Shown here piece by piece: positions 51,099 through 61,683 of a stretch of DNA of 64,000 nt. Numbering within the stretch: the stretch's first letter is position 1; each line of letters starts with the position of its first letter. This DNA is from an uncultured Acidobacteriota bacterium (GTDB lineage Bacteria > Acidobacteriota > Thermoanaerobaculia > Multivoradales > UBA5704). Location of the stretch: NCBI GenBank assembly GCA_963700145.1, contig OY969474.1, positions 4,832,001-4,896,000 on the forward strand, given 5' to 3'. The position numbers and the translations under genes are program-made. Under the pieces are notes generated by a model. The model saw nothing but the letters and a program-made list of their open reading frames with translations. It was not told where the DNA came from and did not search any database.

Positions 51099-53264
51099 AT
51101 GCACCGATCCGTTCGTCCCCGCTGGCCGCTCCTCGCGCTCGGCCTGCTCCTCGCCCCCGCCGCCTGGTCGCAGGTCCAGATCGACAGCGCGAACGCGCCG
51201 GCGGGCCGGCTCGCCCTCGAGACGCCCGCGCCGCCGGTGGCCACGACGCTGCCGGTCGAAACCAAGATCCACGGCCGCACCCTGGTCGATCCCTACGCCT
51301 GGCTGCGCGGTAAGGAGAAGCCGGAGGTCGTCGCCTACCTGGAGGCCGAGAACCGCTACACCGAAGCGGTGATGAAGCCGACCGCGGCGCTGCAGGAGAA
51401 GCTCTACAAGGAGCTGGTGGGGCGGATCAAGGAGACCGACCTCTCGGTGCCGTCGCGGCGCGACGATTACTGGTACTACTCGCGCGACCGAGCAGGGGAA
51501 GCAGTATCCGATCCAGGCGCGCAAGAAGGGAGGCCTGACGGCGCCGGAGGAGGTGCTGCTCGACCTCAACGCCGCTGCCGAGGGGCAGAAGTACCTCCGG
51601 CTCGGCGGCTTCCAGGTGAGCCCCGATCACGGCAAGCTCGCCTACCTCTACGACACCGACGGCAGCGAGCATTTCACCCTGGCGGTCAAGGACCTGGCGA
51701 CCGGCCGGCTCCTGCCCGACAGCGTCCGCGACCTCTCCTTCGGCCTCGCCTGGGCCAACGACAACAAGACCCTCTTCTACGTCGTCGCCGACCCGAACCG
51801 CCGCCCCTACAAGCTGATGCGCCACGTCCTCGGCAGCGACCCCAAGCAGGACGTGGCCGTCTACGAGGAGCCGGACGAGGCCTTCACCATCTCGATCGGG
51901 CGCACCCGCAGCGATGGCTACCTCGTGCTCTCCAGCGGCGCCACCAAGACGAGCGAGCGGCGGGTGCTCGAGGCCGATCGGCCCGACGGGGAGTTCCGGC
52001 TGATCCAGCCGCGGGAGAAGGGCGTCGAGTACTCCCTCGACCACCACGGCGACCGCTTCTACCTCCGCACCAACGTCGGTGCCGAGGACTTCCGCGTGGT
52101 CAGCGCCCCGGTCGCCACCCCCGGGCGCGAGCACTGGCAGGAGGTGATCCCGGCCCGCGCCGGCGTGCGGGTCGAGGCGCTGAGCATGTTCCGCGGCCAC
52201 ATGGTGGTGACCGAGCGGGTCGAGGGGCTGCAGCGGGTGCGCGTCCGCAACCTGGCGAGCGGCGAGGAGCACGAGGTGAGCTTCCCCGAGCCGACCTACT
52301 TGGTGTGGGTGGGGCCCAACCCGGAGTTCGACACCACGCTCCTCCGCTTCAACTACACCACGCTGGTGACGCCGCACTCGGTCTACGACTACGACATGGC
52401 GACGCGCAAGCGCGACCTGATGAAGCAGGAGGAGGTGCTCGGCGGGTACGACCCGACGCAGTACCGCAGCGAGCGACTCGCGGTCACCGCCGCCGACGGT
52501 ACGCGCGTCCCGATCTCGCTGGTCTACAAACAGGGGTTCGTCAAGGACGGCTCGCGGCCCTGCTATCTCGTGGCCTACGGCTCCTACGGTGCGCCCTACG
52601 AAGTCGACTTCTCCTCCAACCGGCTGTCGCTCCTCGACCGCGGCTTCTGCTTCGCTATGGCCCACATCCGCGGCGGCGGCGACCTCGGCGAGCGCTGGTA
52701 CGAGCAGGGGCGGCTGCTGGCCAAGAAGAACACCTTCACCGACTTCATCGCCGCCGCGGAGCACCTCGTCGCCCAGCGCTACACCTCGAAGGGCAAGTTG
52801 GCGATTCAGGGGGGAGCGCGGGCGGCCTGCTGATGGGCGCCGTCGTCAACATGCGCCCCGACCTCTTCGGCGCGGTCATCGCCAAGGTGCCGTTCGTGGA
52901 CGTCATCAACACCATGCTCGACGCCACGATCCCGCTCACCGCCCAGGAGTTCGACGAGTGGGGCAACCCCAAGGACCCGCGGTACTTCGAGTACATGCTG
53001 AGCTATTCGCCCTACGACAACGTGGCGGCGGTCGAGTACCCGCCGATGCTGGTGACGACCGGCCTCAACGACCCGCGGGTGGCCTACTGGGAGCCGGCGA
53101 AGTGGGTGGCGAAGCTGCGGGCGACCAAGAAGGGCGACGACCGCCTGCTGCTCAAGACCAACATGGGCGCCGGCCACCTCGGCGCCTCCGGCCGCTACGA
53201 CTACCTGCGCGAGATCGCCTTCGACTACGCGTTCCTCTTCGACGTGCTGGGGGTGGAGGGGTGA
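51099..53264 (+). CDS. ptrB: Oligopeptidase B (S9A), with two compensating frameshifts at about 51486 and 52809-14
   Basis: [46 protein letters not shown] and GAGH motifs, split across ORFs 51099 and 51553. Confidence 0.88.
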   Translation: MHRSVRPRWPLLALGLLLAPAAWSQVQIDSANAPAGRLALETPAPPVATTLPVETKIHGRTLVDPYAWLRGKEKPEVVAYLEAENRYTEAVMKPTAALQEKLYKELVGRIKETDLSVPSRRDDYWYYSRDRAGEAVSDPGAQEGRPDGAGGGAARPQRRCRGAEVPPARRLPGEPRSRQARLPLRHRRQRAFHPGGQGPGDRPAPARQRPRPLLRPRLGQRQQDPLLRRRRPEPPPLQADAPRPRQRPQAGRGRLRGAGRGLHHLDRAHPQRWLPRALQRRHQDERAAGARGRSARRGVPADPAAGEGRRVLPRPPRRPLLPPHQRRCRGLPRGQRPGRHPRARALAGGDPGPRRRAGRGAEHVPRPHGGDRAGRGAAAGARPQPGERRGARGELPRADLLGVGGAQPGVRHHAPPLQLHHAGDAALGLRLRHGDAQARPDEAGGGARRVRPDAVPQRATRGHRRRRYARPDLAGLQTGVRQGRLAALLSRGLRLLRCALRSRLLLQPAVAPRPRLLLRYGPHPRRRRPRRALVRAGAAAGQEEHLHRLHRRRGAPRRPALHLEGQVGDSGGSAGGLLMGAVVNMRPDLFGAVIAKVPFVDVINTMLDATIPLTAQEFDEWGNPKDPRYFEYMLSYSPYDNVAAVEYPPMLVTTGLNDPRVAYWEPAKWVAKLRATKKGDDRLLLKTNMGAGHLGASGRYDYLREIAFDYAFLFDVLGVEG

Positions 53265-53297
53265 GAGTCTTCCCCCCCGCGGGCTACCTGAGCGACT
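53185..53297 (+). repeat. ptrB 3' end, directly repeated at 56959-57063
   Basis: ggccgctac(g/t)actacctgcgc(g/c)agatcgccttcgactacgc(g/c)ttcctcttcgacgtgctgggggtgg occurs at both sites. Confidence 0.9.
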
Positions 53298-53408
53298 TCT
53301 TTTTCGACGTGAGGCTCGACATCTAGGCGCATCACGGCCGGTCCCGCTTCCTCCACAGGAGACCCCACCCTTTTCGGAGGCGGGCATCGTTCTTGTAGAT
53401 TGGACAAG

Positions 53409-56396
53409 ATGGCCTCTCACATGGCAGAAGAAACTCAAGAACCGACTCACAGGCACGATGCGTTCATCAGCTACTCTCGTAGGGACAAAGAGTTTGCCCT
53501 GAGACTAGGCAAGGCGCTAAGGGCCTACAAGCCGCCCAAGGACCTCGACGTCCCACAGCGCAACCTCGATGTTTTCCGTGACGAAGAAGACTTCACCGGC
53601 GTGGAGTATCACGCCTCCGTGGGAAAGCACCTCAAGAGCTCGGCCAAGCTTATCGTCCTCTGTTCGCCAAACTCGCGCAAAAGCGAGTATGTCAACGCAG
53701 AAATCCGGCAGTTCACCGAAATCAACGGTGCGGACAACCTCGTCCCAGTCCTCGTGTCGGGCACTCCAAACAACGAAGCCTCGCCGGGAGAGGCAGACCA
53801 GATGGCGTTTCCAGACGCACTCTGTGACGCCTTGCAGATGCCTCTGGCCGTCGACTATCGGGACTTTGACCTGAAAAAAGACAAGGTGAACAAGGGCATC
53901 TTCTATGGGCCCTGGTACACAATCCTCGCCAACATCTACGGCACGAGCCGCAACCAGATCGAACAGCGCGAGAAGCAAAGAGAAGCGCGAAGACGTCGGA
54001 TTACGCGAGGCACTGTCAGCGGTGTTACGACCGTTCTACTTGTGGCTTTGGTAATCACCCTCTTCTTCTGGCGGCAGGCGGTTGAGCAGAGAACGGTGGC
54101 CATGGCCAGGCAATTCGCGGCTCAAGCTGAGCTCGTACGAAACCAACATGTGACCTTGCTCGAGCGGAGCGTCCTGCTGGCTGCGGAATCAATGAAGCGC
54201 GCACCCTCTCTCGAGGCAGACCTGGTTCTCCGGCCGCAAGTGGCGTTGCTGCCCCGTCCCCTCGCTGTCATGTCCCACGGCAGTGAGGTGAACGAGGTCG
54301 CCTTCAGCAGCGATCGAAAGCTCGCGGCGACGGGAACCGCAAGGGACGTCAAGGTGTGGGAACTGGCGACCGGCCGTGAAGTGGCCCGCTTGGTGCCGTT
54401 GGTTCCGGTCGGCGGCATCGTGTTCAGCCCCGACGGGAGATATCTGGCGACGGCGAGCGGAGCGACAGACCCTTTTTGGCCCAAAAACTATGCCGCTCAG
54501 GTCTGGGACCTACAGGACCGCCGGGAGGTCGCGCGCATGCCCCACGACGAGCCGGTGGAGGAATTGGCCTTTGGCCCAGATGGGAAGCACCTCGCCACGA
54601 TCGATGGCCGGAACGCCAGGATATGGGAGGCCGCCACGGGCCGGGAGGTCTTGCGGCTCCCGCATGAGGCGAGCGTGCTCGCCGTTGCCTTCAGCCCGGA
54701 TGGCCGATACCTGGCCACCGGAACGAATCACGGCACCGCCCGCATTTGGACTACACACACCAACCGAGAAGTCGTTCGCATGGAGCATGATGGAAGCGTG
54801 ACCGGCTGCGCCTTCAGCGCCGATGGGGAGCGTCTGCTGACGACCAGCGATGCCACCAGGATTTGGGAAGTAGCCGGCGGCCGTGAGCTGACGCGCATTT
54901 CGCACCCCGCTGTTAGCGCCGTATTCAGCCCGAGCGGGGAGGAGCTCGCGACTGCGGGTGGGGACGGCACCGCCAGGATATGGGACGCGGCGACCGGTCT
55001 GGAGCTCGCCCGTATGGCTCACGCCCGCATGGCTGACGGCCGCGCGGTCACGGACGTCGCCTTCAGCCCGGATGGCGCCTACGTAGCGACGGCCGGCTTC
55101 GACGATACCGCCAGAATGTGGACAATCGACGGTAAGGAGGTAACTCGCCTTCTCCATCGCTTCGTGAAGTTCGTAGCCTTCAGCGCGGGAGGCAGGCGTC
55201 TAGCGACCGCAAGCCTCGACGGTACGGTTCGGTTATGGGAGGCGACCGCTGGTCGCGAGGCTGCCGTAATGCCTCACGAGGATGCCGTGTTTGCGATTGC
55301 GTTCAGCCCGGACGGAAAGTACCTGACGACGAGGAGCAATGACCGCCCTGTGCGGGTTTGGGAGGCGTCCTCAGGCCGGGAAGTCGCCCATATCCCGCAC
55401 CTATATGGCGCAAATTACGCGGCGTTCAGTCCCAACGACGGAAAGTATCTCGCCATCGCCAGCGACGCGGGGGCTCAGCTCGTGGAGCCTGTCACCGGCC
55501 GTCGAGTTGTCTCGTTGCCGGGTGCGGGGAGCGTAGGACACCTTGCGTTCGCTCCGGACGGGAAACATCTCGCGACGGCAGGTCTGGATGGTTACGCCCG
55601 AGTGTGGAAGATACCGTCTGGCCGGGAAGTCGCCCGCATTCGTCATTCAGACGGGCTGGCCGCGATTGCGTTCAGCCCGGACGAAAAGCATCTGGTCACC
55701 GTCACCGTCAATACGGATCAGGTCGTTGTCTGGGAGGCGGCTACTGGCCGGGAAGTAGCGCGCATGACGTTCGAAGATAGTCTGGATGCCATTGTATTCA
55801 GCCCGGATGGTAAGTACCTCGCAGCGACCGCTGCTCTGGGCGTTGCCGTCGCGGGGGTATGGGAGGCCACCACGGGTCGGGAAGTCGGGCGCCTGGCCCA
55901 TGAGGGTGGGGCGACGTCCGCTGCTTTTAGTCCCGATGGGAGATACCTCGCGACGGCAGGTCTGGACGGGACGGGACGGGTGTGGAGGATCACCAGCGGC
56001 AAGGAAGTCGCTCGCTTGAGCGCTCCGGTCCATGCCGTTGTCTTTAGCGCCGATGGAACCTATCTGGCTACGGCAAGCATCGACGGCACTGCCCGGGTCT
56101 GGGAAGCCGCCACGGGGCGTGAGATCGCGCGGATGCAACACCAAGGTGTTGTGGTGGCGATCGCCTTCAGCCCCGACGGCAGGTATCTGGGGACCGCGAG
56201 CATGGACTCTACGTGGGGCATGGACTCTACGGCCCGGACATGGCTTGTGCGGCCGAATGACCTGGTCGCCGAGGCCTGCGCGCGCCTGACCCGCAACCTC
56301 ACTCGAGAGGAATGGCGTCAGTATGTGGGCGATGAGCCGTATTCCCCAACATGTCCGAATCTGCCGTCCCCTTCCCAAAGGTCTGGGGCGCCCTAA
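53409..56396 (+). CDS. TIR domain - transmembrane - WD40 repeat protein
   Basis: DAFISYSRRD, FRDEED and LCSPNSRKSEYVNAEI motifs, one TM segment, and 16 FSPDG-type repeats. GC is lower than in flanking genes. Confidence 0.88.
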   Translation: MASHMAEETQEPTHRHDAFISYSRRDKEFALRLGKALRAYKPPKDLDVPQRNLDVFRDEEDFTGVEYHASVGKHLKSSAKLIVLCSPNSRKSEYVNAEIRQFTEINGADNLVPVLVSGTPNNEASPGEADQMAFPDALCDALQMPLAVDYRDFDLKKDKVNKGIFYGPWYTILANIYGTSRNQIEQREKQREARRRRITRGTVSGVTTVLLVALVITLFFWRQAVEQRTVAMARQFAAQAELVRNQHVTLLERSVLLAAESMKRAPSLEADLVLRPQVALLPRPLAVMSHGSEVNEVAFSSDRKLAATGTARDVKVWELATGREVARLVPLVPVGGIVFSPDGRYLATASGATDPFWPKNYAAQVWDLQDRREVARMPHDEPVEELAFGPDGKHLATIDGRNARIWEAATGREVLRLPHEASVLAVAFSPDGRYLATGTNHGTARIWTTHTNREVVRMEHDGSVTGCAFSADGERLLTTSDATRIWEVAGGRELTRISHPAVSAVFSPSGEELATAGGDGTARIWDAATGLELARMAHARMADGRAVTDVAFSPDGAYVATAGFDDTARMWTIDGKEVTRLLHRFVKFVAFSAGGRRLATASLDGTVRLWEATAGREAAVMPHEDAVFAIAFSPDGKYLTTRSNDRPVRVWEASSGREVAHIPHLYGANYAAFSPNDGKYLAIASDAGAQLVEPVTGRRVVSLPGAGSVGHLAFAPDGKHLATAGLDGYARVWKIPSGREVARIRHSDGLAAIAFSPDEKHLVTVTVNTDQVVVWEAATGREVARMTFEDSLDAIVFSPDGKYLAATAALGVAVAGVWEATTGREVGRLAHEGGATSAAFSPDGRYLATAGLDGTGRVWRITSGKEVARLSAPVHAVVFSADGTYLATASIDGTARVWEAATGREIARMQHQGVVVAIAFSPDGRYLGTASMDSTWGMDSTARTWLVRPNDLVAEACARLTRNLTREEWRQYVGDEPYSPTCPNLPSPSQRSGAP

Positions 56397-56956
56397 GGCG
56401 TGCTCAGCGCCCGCTCGAGGAAGCGCGCGGCGCGGACGTAGAACTCGACGACGTTCTCGCGGCGGGAGAGGGAGTGGCCTTCGTTCTCCTTGACCATGTA
56501 CTCGACGGGGACGCGGCGGCGGCGGAGGGAGTCGACGATGAGGTCGGACTCCGAGCGCGGCACGCGCGGGTCGTTGGCGCCGGCGTAGACGAAGAGCGGA
56601 TCGACGATCCGGTCGGCGACGAGCAGCGGCGAGATCGAGTCGAGGAAGGCGTCGTCCTTGCCGAGCTCGCCGAACTCCAGGCGGAAGAGCTCGCGGATGA
56701 CGCCCATGGTGGTGCGCAGGAAGGTCTGCATGTTGGCGACGCCGAAGAGGTTGACGCCGGCGCGCCAGATGTCGGGATCGCGGGTGAGCGAGGCGAGCAC
56801 CGTATAGCCGCCGTAGCTGCCGCCCATGACCACCAGGCGCTGCGGGTCCGCCAAGGGAAAGCTGCGCCGCCGTCCAGCGCGCCGCGGTCTCGACGTCGCG
56901 CAGGGCGTTGGGCCGCAGGCGGCCGTTGTCGGCCATCTCGAGGGCACGCCCGAAGC
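56393..56956 (-). pseudogene. 3' fragment duplicate of the S9 peptidase at 57867-59825
   Basis: Near-identical to 57867-58426, with a 4-nt insertion near 56855. The 5' two-thirds of the gene is missing. Confidence 0.88.
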
Positions 56957-56958
56957 TC

Positions 56959-57063
56959 CCTCGGGCCGCTACTACTACCTGCGCCAGATCGCCTTCGACT
57001 ACGCCTTCCTCTTCGACGTGCTGGGGGTGGGGGGTAACTCCACCCCCGCGGCCTACCGCGACT
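56959..57063 (+). pseudogene. 3' fragment duplicate of ptrB
   Basis: Encodes [23 protein letters not shown], versus [23 protein letters not shown] in ptrB. Confidence 0.85.
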
Positions 57064-57078
57064 GACGGCCCCGGCTGC

Positions 57079-57129
57079 GGCGCGTGCTCGCAGCCGGTGA
57101 TGAGGCCGCCGGCGACCGTCACGCCGGGG
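57079..57129 (-). repeat. 3' fragment duplicate of the gene at 59861-61006
   Basis: 46 of 51 nt match 59865-59915 (VTVAGGLITGCEHA versus VTVTGGPVTGCEHV). Confidence 0.8.
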
Positions 57130-57167
57130 ACCCGGGGCACGGCCCTGGGTCCGCCACCCCGCGGTCG

Positions 57168-57791
57168 CTACTTCTTGGTGTAGGTGATCTCCATCATCTT
57201 CATCTCTTTGCCGTCCTTGCCGGGCCCGTGCATCTCGAAGACCTCGGTGGTCGGGCTGGTCCAGCGGCTCGTCATGCGGGCCTGCACCGGGCCCTTCTTG
57301 ATCGGATCGTTCCAGGAACCGGTGAAGGTACAGGCGCCGCTCTCGTCGCAGGTGCCCTCGCTCACCATCACCCCGGTCGACATGCTGTCGTTCCAGGTCG
57401 CCCAGTGCTTGCCGGTCACGTTGTCGTAGCCGCTCATGCCGTGGCCGGTGAAAGGCATGCCCATGATCGAGCTCTTGACCTCCTCGACCATCACTCGCCC
57501 GTCGAGCGCCATGGAGCGCGTCGCGGTGCCGGTCGACTCCATCGCCGGCCCGCCGGGCTCGTTCCAGCTCTTGATCAGGATGTCGTAGTCGCCGGCCATG
57601 GCGGCCAGCTTCTGGTGCGGGGCGCCGGGAGTCCCGGCCGCCATGTAGGCCGCCATCTCGGCCTTCTGCTCGTCGGTCATCTCCGGCATGGCCGGCTTCG
57701 GCTCGTCGCCGACGCTGGCGCGGACGACCAGAGGCGCGGCGAGGACCAGGACCACGACCGCTACGGTATAGCTGAAAGCTCTACGCTTCAT
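57168..57791 (-). CDS. DUF1579 family exported protein
   Basis: Signal peptide, TPGAPHQKL, GYDNVTGK..TWNDSMST and MEITYTKK motifs. Confidence 0.85.
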   Translation of the reverse strand: MKRRAFSYTVAVVVLVLAAPLVVRASVGDEPKPAMPEMTDEQKAEMAAYMAAGTPGAPHQKLAAMAGDYDILIKSWNEPGGPAMESTGTATRSMALDGRVMVEEVKSSIMGMPFTGHGMSGYDNVTGKHWATWNDSMSTGVMVSEGTCDESGACTFTGSWNDPIKKGPVQARMTSRWTSPTTEVFEMHGPGKDGKEMKMMEITYTKK

Positions 57792-57866
57792 TGCAGGCTC
57801 CTCCTCTTCGTCTTGGGTGGCTCGAAACCCCTCCAGTATACGACCGGGGGACGTGGCGACCGGCAC

Positions 57867-59825
57867 TTACGGCGCGCTCAGCGCCCGTTCAAGGAAGCGC
57901 GCCGCGCGGACGTAGAATTCGACGACGTTCTCGCGGCGGGCGAGGGAGTGGCCCTCGTTCTCCTTGACCATGTACTCGACGGGGACGCGGCGCCGGCGCA
58001 GCGAGTCGACGATCAAGTCGGACTCCGAACGCGGCACGCGCGGGTCGTTGGCGCCGGCGTAGACGAAGAGCGGGTCGACGATCTTGTCGGCGACGAGCAG
58101 CGGCGAGATCGAGTCGAGGAAGGCGTCGTCCTTGCCGAGCTCGCCGAACTCCAAGCGGAAGAGCTCGCGGATGGCGCCCATGGTGGTGCGCAGGAAGGTC
58201 TGCATGTTGGCGACGCCGAAGAGGTTGACGCCGGCGCGCCAGATGTCGGGATCGCGGGTGAGCGAGGCGAGCACCGTGTAGCCGCCGTAGCTGCCGCCCA
58301 TGACCACCAGGCGCTGCGGGTCCGCCCAGGGCTGCGCCGCCGTCCAGCGCGCCGCGGTCGCGACGTCGCGCAGGGCGTTGGGGCGCAGGTGGCCGTTGTC
58401 GGCCATCTCGAAGGCGCGGCCGAAGCCGCCCGAGCCGCGCACGTTGGGCTCGACGACGGCGTAGCCCAGCGCGGTGAAATAGCGGATCACCGTGCTCCAG
58501 CGCGCCCGCGAGACGCCGGCGGGCCCGCCGTGGTAGGAGACGACGACCGGCAGCTTGCGGCCGGCGGCTCCGGCCGGCACGTAGGTCAGGAGCGGGATGC
58601 GGCCGCCGTCGAAGGCCCGCGTCTCCGTGAGCGTGGTCTCGATCGCCGGCAGGCGGGCGAGCGTCGGGCGCTGCTCGTGGCGCAGCGGCCGCGCCTTCCC
58701 CCTCGCCGCCTCGACCGCGAAGAGGTCCCCCGGCACGTCGGGCGTCGACCAGGAGACCGGGAACCAGGTGCCGTCCTGGCTGAAGTCGCCGATGCCGCCC
58801 GAGCCGAGCGGCAGATCGGCCTCGACCTGCGGGCGCAGGGTCGCCGCGTCGAGGACCTTTGCTTCGGTGTGGTCGCCGGCGTCGACGAGGATCGCCAGCC
58901 GCTCGTCGCTCGCGAAGAGCTCGGAGACGGCGGCGGTCGGCGGGTCGGTCTCGACGTAGCGCGCCAGCTCGCGGCCGCTCTCGGCGTCGAGGGCGAGCAG
59001 CAGGGCCTCCTCGCCGCCGCCATCGGTTGCCACGTAGACCCGCCGCCCGTCGGGCGAGAAGCCGGCGTTGTGGATCGCCACCTTCCTGCCCTGCGGCGGG
59101 TAGAGCTCGCGCGCCTTGCCGGTCTCGAGGTCGAGGAGGAGCAGGGTGTTCTCGGTCCCGGTCGGGACACGGACGTAGATCGCCTGGCGGCCGTCGCGGC
59201 GGAGGCCCGCGACCACGCCGAAGACCGGGTCGGTGTAGACGCCCCGCGCCGCCGCTCCGGGGCCGAGCGCCTGCACGTAGACCGTCGTCGTCGGCTCGGC
59301 ATGTTGGCGGGCCGAGAAGACCATGCGGTCGGGCATGCCGTCGGCGACGAAGGGGAAGTCCCGGTTGAGCCGCTCGGCCGAGGTGAGCTCCACCGGCTCG
59401 CCGCCGGCGAGGTCGAGCCGGTAGATCGACCAGTTCTCGTCGGCGCCGCGGTCGGACTGGAAGAGGAGCGAGCGCCCGTCCGGCAGGGCCACGGGGTTTG
59501 CGACCCGCTCGCCGGTGCGCACCAGCCGCCTCGCCGGCGCCTCCGGCTGGTCGGCGGGGGCGAGGTAGAGCTGCGGCAGGCCGTCGCGGTTCGACACGAA
59601 GAGGACGCTCTTGCCGTCCCGGGTCAGCGCCGGGCTGTTGTTGGTGAAGGCGTCGAAGACCGCTTCGATGACGGTCGTCAGCTCCCCGGCGCGGGCGTCC
59701 GCCGGCGGCGCCGGGTCCGGCTCGACCCGCGGCGCGACCTGCGCCGCCGGCTGCGGGGCGCCGAGGGCAACGCCGGCGCTCAGGAACGCGAAAGCTGCCA
59801 GCCGAAGAGAGCGTGAAGCGCGCAT
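57867..59825 (-). CDS. S9 family (acylaminoacyl/dipeptidyl) peptidase, exported
   Basis: HGGP, PNVRGSGGFG, GGSYGG, NDPRVP and EGH motifs, with an N-terminal beta-propeller. Confidence 0.93.
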   Translation of the reverse strand: MRASRSLRLAAFAFLSAGVALGAPQPAAQVAPRVEPDPAPPADARAGELTTVIEAVFDAFTNNSPALTRDGKSVLFVSNRDGLPQLYLAPADQPEAPARRLVRTGERVANPVALPDGRSLLFQSDRGADENWSIYRLDLAGGEPVELTSAERLNRDFPFVADGMPDRMVFSARQHAEPTTTVYVQALGPGAAARGVYTDPVFGVVAGLRRDGRQAIYVRVPTGTENTLLLLDLETGKARELYPPQGRKVAIHNAGFSPDGRRVYVATDGGGEEALLLALDAESGRELARYVETDPPTAAVSELFASDERLAILVDAGDHTEAKVLDAATLRPQVEADLPLGSGGIGDFSQDGTWFPVSWSTPDVPGDLFAVEAARGKARPLRHEQRPTLARLPAIETTLTETRAFDGGRIPLLTYVPAGAAGRKLPVVVSYHGGPAGVSRARWSTVIRYFTALGYAVVEPNVRGSGGFGRAFEMADNGHLRPNALRDVATAARWTAAQPWADPQRLVVMGGSYGGYTVLASLTRDPDIWRAGVNLFGVANMQTFLRTTMGAIRELFRLEFGELGKDDAFLDSISPLLVADKIVDPLFVYAGANDPRVPRSESDLIVDSLRRRRVPVEYMVKENEGHSLARRENVVEFYVRAARFLERALSAP

Positions 59826-59860
59826 GCTCCTACGCTAGCAGAGCCTCCACCCGGCGCCGG

Positions 59861-61006
59861 TCAGGGCACGTGCTCGCAGCCGGTGACGGGGCCGCCGGTG
59901 ACGGTCACGCCGGGGTCCTTCCAGGCGTCGCCGGCGCTGTCGCAGGCGAGGGTGCCGTTGACGGTCGTGGCGCCGCGCAGCAGGGCGCGCGAGAAGGTGC
60001 TCACCACCGTGTGCCCCGTGAGCTGGCTCTCCAGGCCGTTCTCGGGAGAGGGGTCGGCGCTGAGCGTCGAGAAGGCGTCGAGGACGTTGGGGAGCGGGTT
60101 GCCCGACGGCCCCACGCCGGTCGAGGTCTGCTGCGCGCCGTACACCAGGATCTCCCCGTGGTCACCCGCCTGCAACTGCCCGGCGAACGGCCCGGCCCCG
60201 AACATCGCCGCGATCCCGTGCGAGAAGGCCGCGCCCGCCGTGCGGGTGACGTTGAGGCTGCAGGAGTAGGCGGGGTTGTCCTCGCTCACGCAGTCGATGT
60301 CGGCATAGGAATTGTTGATGGCGCGCACTCCCCGCAGGCCCGTCACCACGCTGTCGAGCAGCGACAGCACGCTGCCGCCGTTGGCCGTCGCGGCGGCGAC
60401 GACGTTGTTGTGCACCTGGCAGCCGCGGCAGAACCCCGAGGCATTGCGCTGCACGAAGAGGCCCGACTGGCCGTTGTCCGACAGCGTCAGCTCGGTGGCG
60501 TTGAGGAAGCTGCTGACGGAGACATGGACGCCGTTGGCCGGGTTGCCGACCATGCGGCAGTTGATCGCTTCGATCAGGGAGTACCAGAGGCCGAGGCCGT
60601 GGCCGGTGGGATGGACGAAGGAGAGGTTCTCGACGCGCAGGCCGTCCGAGTACCAGACCTCGAGCGCCGCGTTGGCCGGTGGAGTGACTACGCCGGCGAT
60701 GCCGTCGGTCAGGGGATCGAGGCCGTGCAGGGTCAGCCGCTTGCGCAGCACCTTGACGTTTTCGTTGCACAGCCCGCGCACCTCGAGGACGTCGCCGTCG
60801 ACGCTCTTGTCGATCGCCGCCTGCAGGCTGTCTCCCTTAGTGCAGTCGACGACGGGCGAGCCGCCGGCCTTGGCGGCGGCCGGCGTCGCCTGGAGGCGCG
60901 GCGCGCGGGCCAGGAGCTCCGCCTTGCGGGCGGACGGGGCGGCGCTGGCTGCGGCAAGCGGGCAGAGCACGGCCAGCGCGACGAGAACGAACGCGTTCCC
61001 TCTCAT
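59861..61006 (-). CDS. Secreted right-handed beta-helix protein
   Basis: Signal peptide, VDC..GDSLQAAID, GLCNENV and repeated N..GV/GL turns. Confidence 0.7.
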   Translation of the reverse strand: MRGNAFVLVALAVLCPLAAASAAPSARKAELLARAPRLQATPAAAKAGGSPVVDCTKGDSLQAAIDKSVDGDVLEVRGLCNENVKVLRKRLTLHGLDPLTDGIAGVVTPPANAALEVWYSDGLRVENLSFVHPTGHGLGLWYSLIEAINCRMVGNPANGVHVSVSSFLNATELTLSDNGQSGLFVQRNASGFCRGCQVHNNVVAAATANGGSVLSLLDSVVTGLRGVRAINNSYADIDCVSEDNPAYSCSLNVTRTAGAAFSHGIAAMFGAGPFAGQLQAGDHGEILVYGAQQTSTGVGPSGNPLPNVLDAFSTLSADPSPENGLESQLTGHTVVSTFSRALLRGATTVNGTLACDSAGDAWKDPGVTVTGGPVTGCEHVP

Positions 61007-61086
61007 GGTTCCCTCCTCTTGAACGGAATTTGAGGCAGCGTAGCACGCGTCCGCGCGCGCTATCCTTGCCCGCGGGAGGAGGCGCG

Positions 61087-61683
61087 ATGGACCGCGAGGC
61101 GGCGTGGCAGCTGGTGCAGGAGAGCGTGCAGGCGGCGGGGCTGCGCCGGCACATGCTGTCGGTCGAGGCGGCGATGCGCGGCTACGCCGCGCGGCTGGGC
61201 GAGGACCCCGAGACCTGGGGGCTCGCCGGGCTCCTCCACGACTGGGACTGGGAGATCCACCCGACGCTCGAGCAGCACCCGGCCGAGGGGGCCCCGGTCC
61301 TGCGCCAGCGGGGGTGCCCGGAGACCGTGGTGCAGGCGATCCTCTCCCACAACACGCCGGGGACCGGCGTCGAGCGCGCGCGCCCGATCGACTACGCGCT
61401 GTTGGCCTGCGACGAGGTGACCGGCTTGATCATCGCCGCCGCCCTCGTCCGCCCGAGCAAGGACGTGCGCGAGGTGGAGGTCAAGTCGATCCAGAAGCGG
61501 TGGAAGGAGAAGGCCTTCGCCGCCGGCGTCGACCGCCCGCACGTCGAGGAGGCCACCGCCGACTTCTCCGGCGCCTGCTTCGCGGGCCAGCTCGGCCTCT
61601 GGGAGCACGTCGGCAACGTGCTCGCGGCGATGCAGGGGGTGGCTACGGACCTGGATTTGGACGGACGGCTGGCTCGGGCGTAA
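61087..61683 (+). CDS. HDIG/HD-domain hydrolase
   Basis: RHMLSVEAAM, GLLHDWD, AILSH, ACDEVTG and KAFAAGV motifs. Confidence 0.88.
   Translation: MDREAAWQLVQESVQAAGLRRHMLSVEAAMRGYAARLGEDPETWGLAGLLHDWDWEIHPTLEQHPAEGAPVLRQRGCPETVVQAILSHNTPGTGVERARPIDYALLACDEVTGLIIAAALVRPSKDVREVEVKSIQKRWKEKAFAAGVDRPHVEEATADFSGACFAGQLGLWEHVGNVLAAMQGVATDLDLDGRLARA

Noticed and set aside
42493-52814. Programmed frameshifting or true pseudogenes in DUF433, the EF-hand gene, DUF6600 and ptrB
   Set aside because: These are single-base indels, several in G runs, in otherwise intact genes. Long-read consensus error is the simpler explanation; reads are needed to confirm.
53185-59915. Diversity-generating retroelement template/variable repeat pairs
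   Set aside because: There is no reverse transcriptase in the window, and the mismatches are not adenine-specific.
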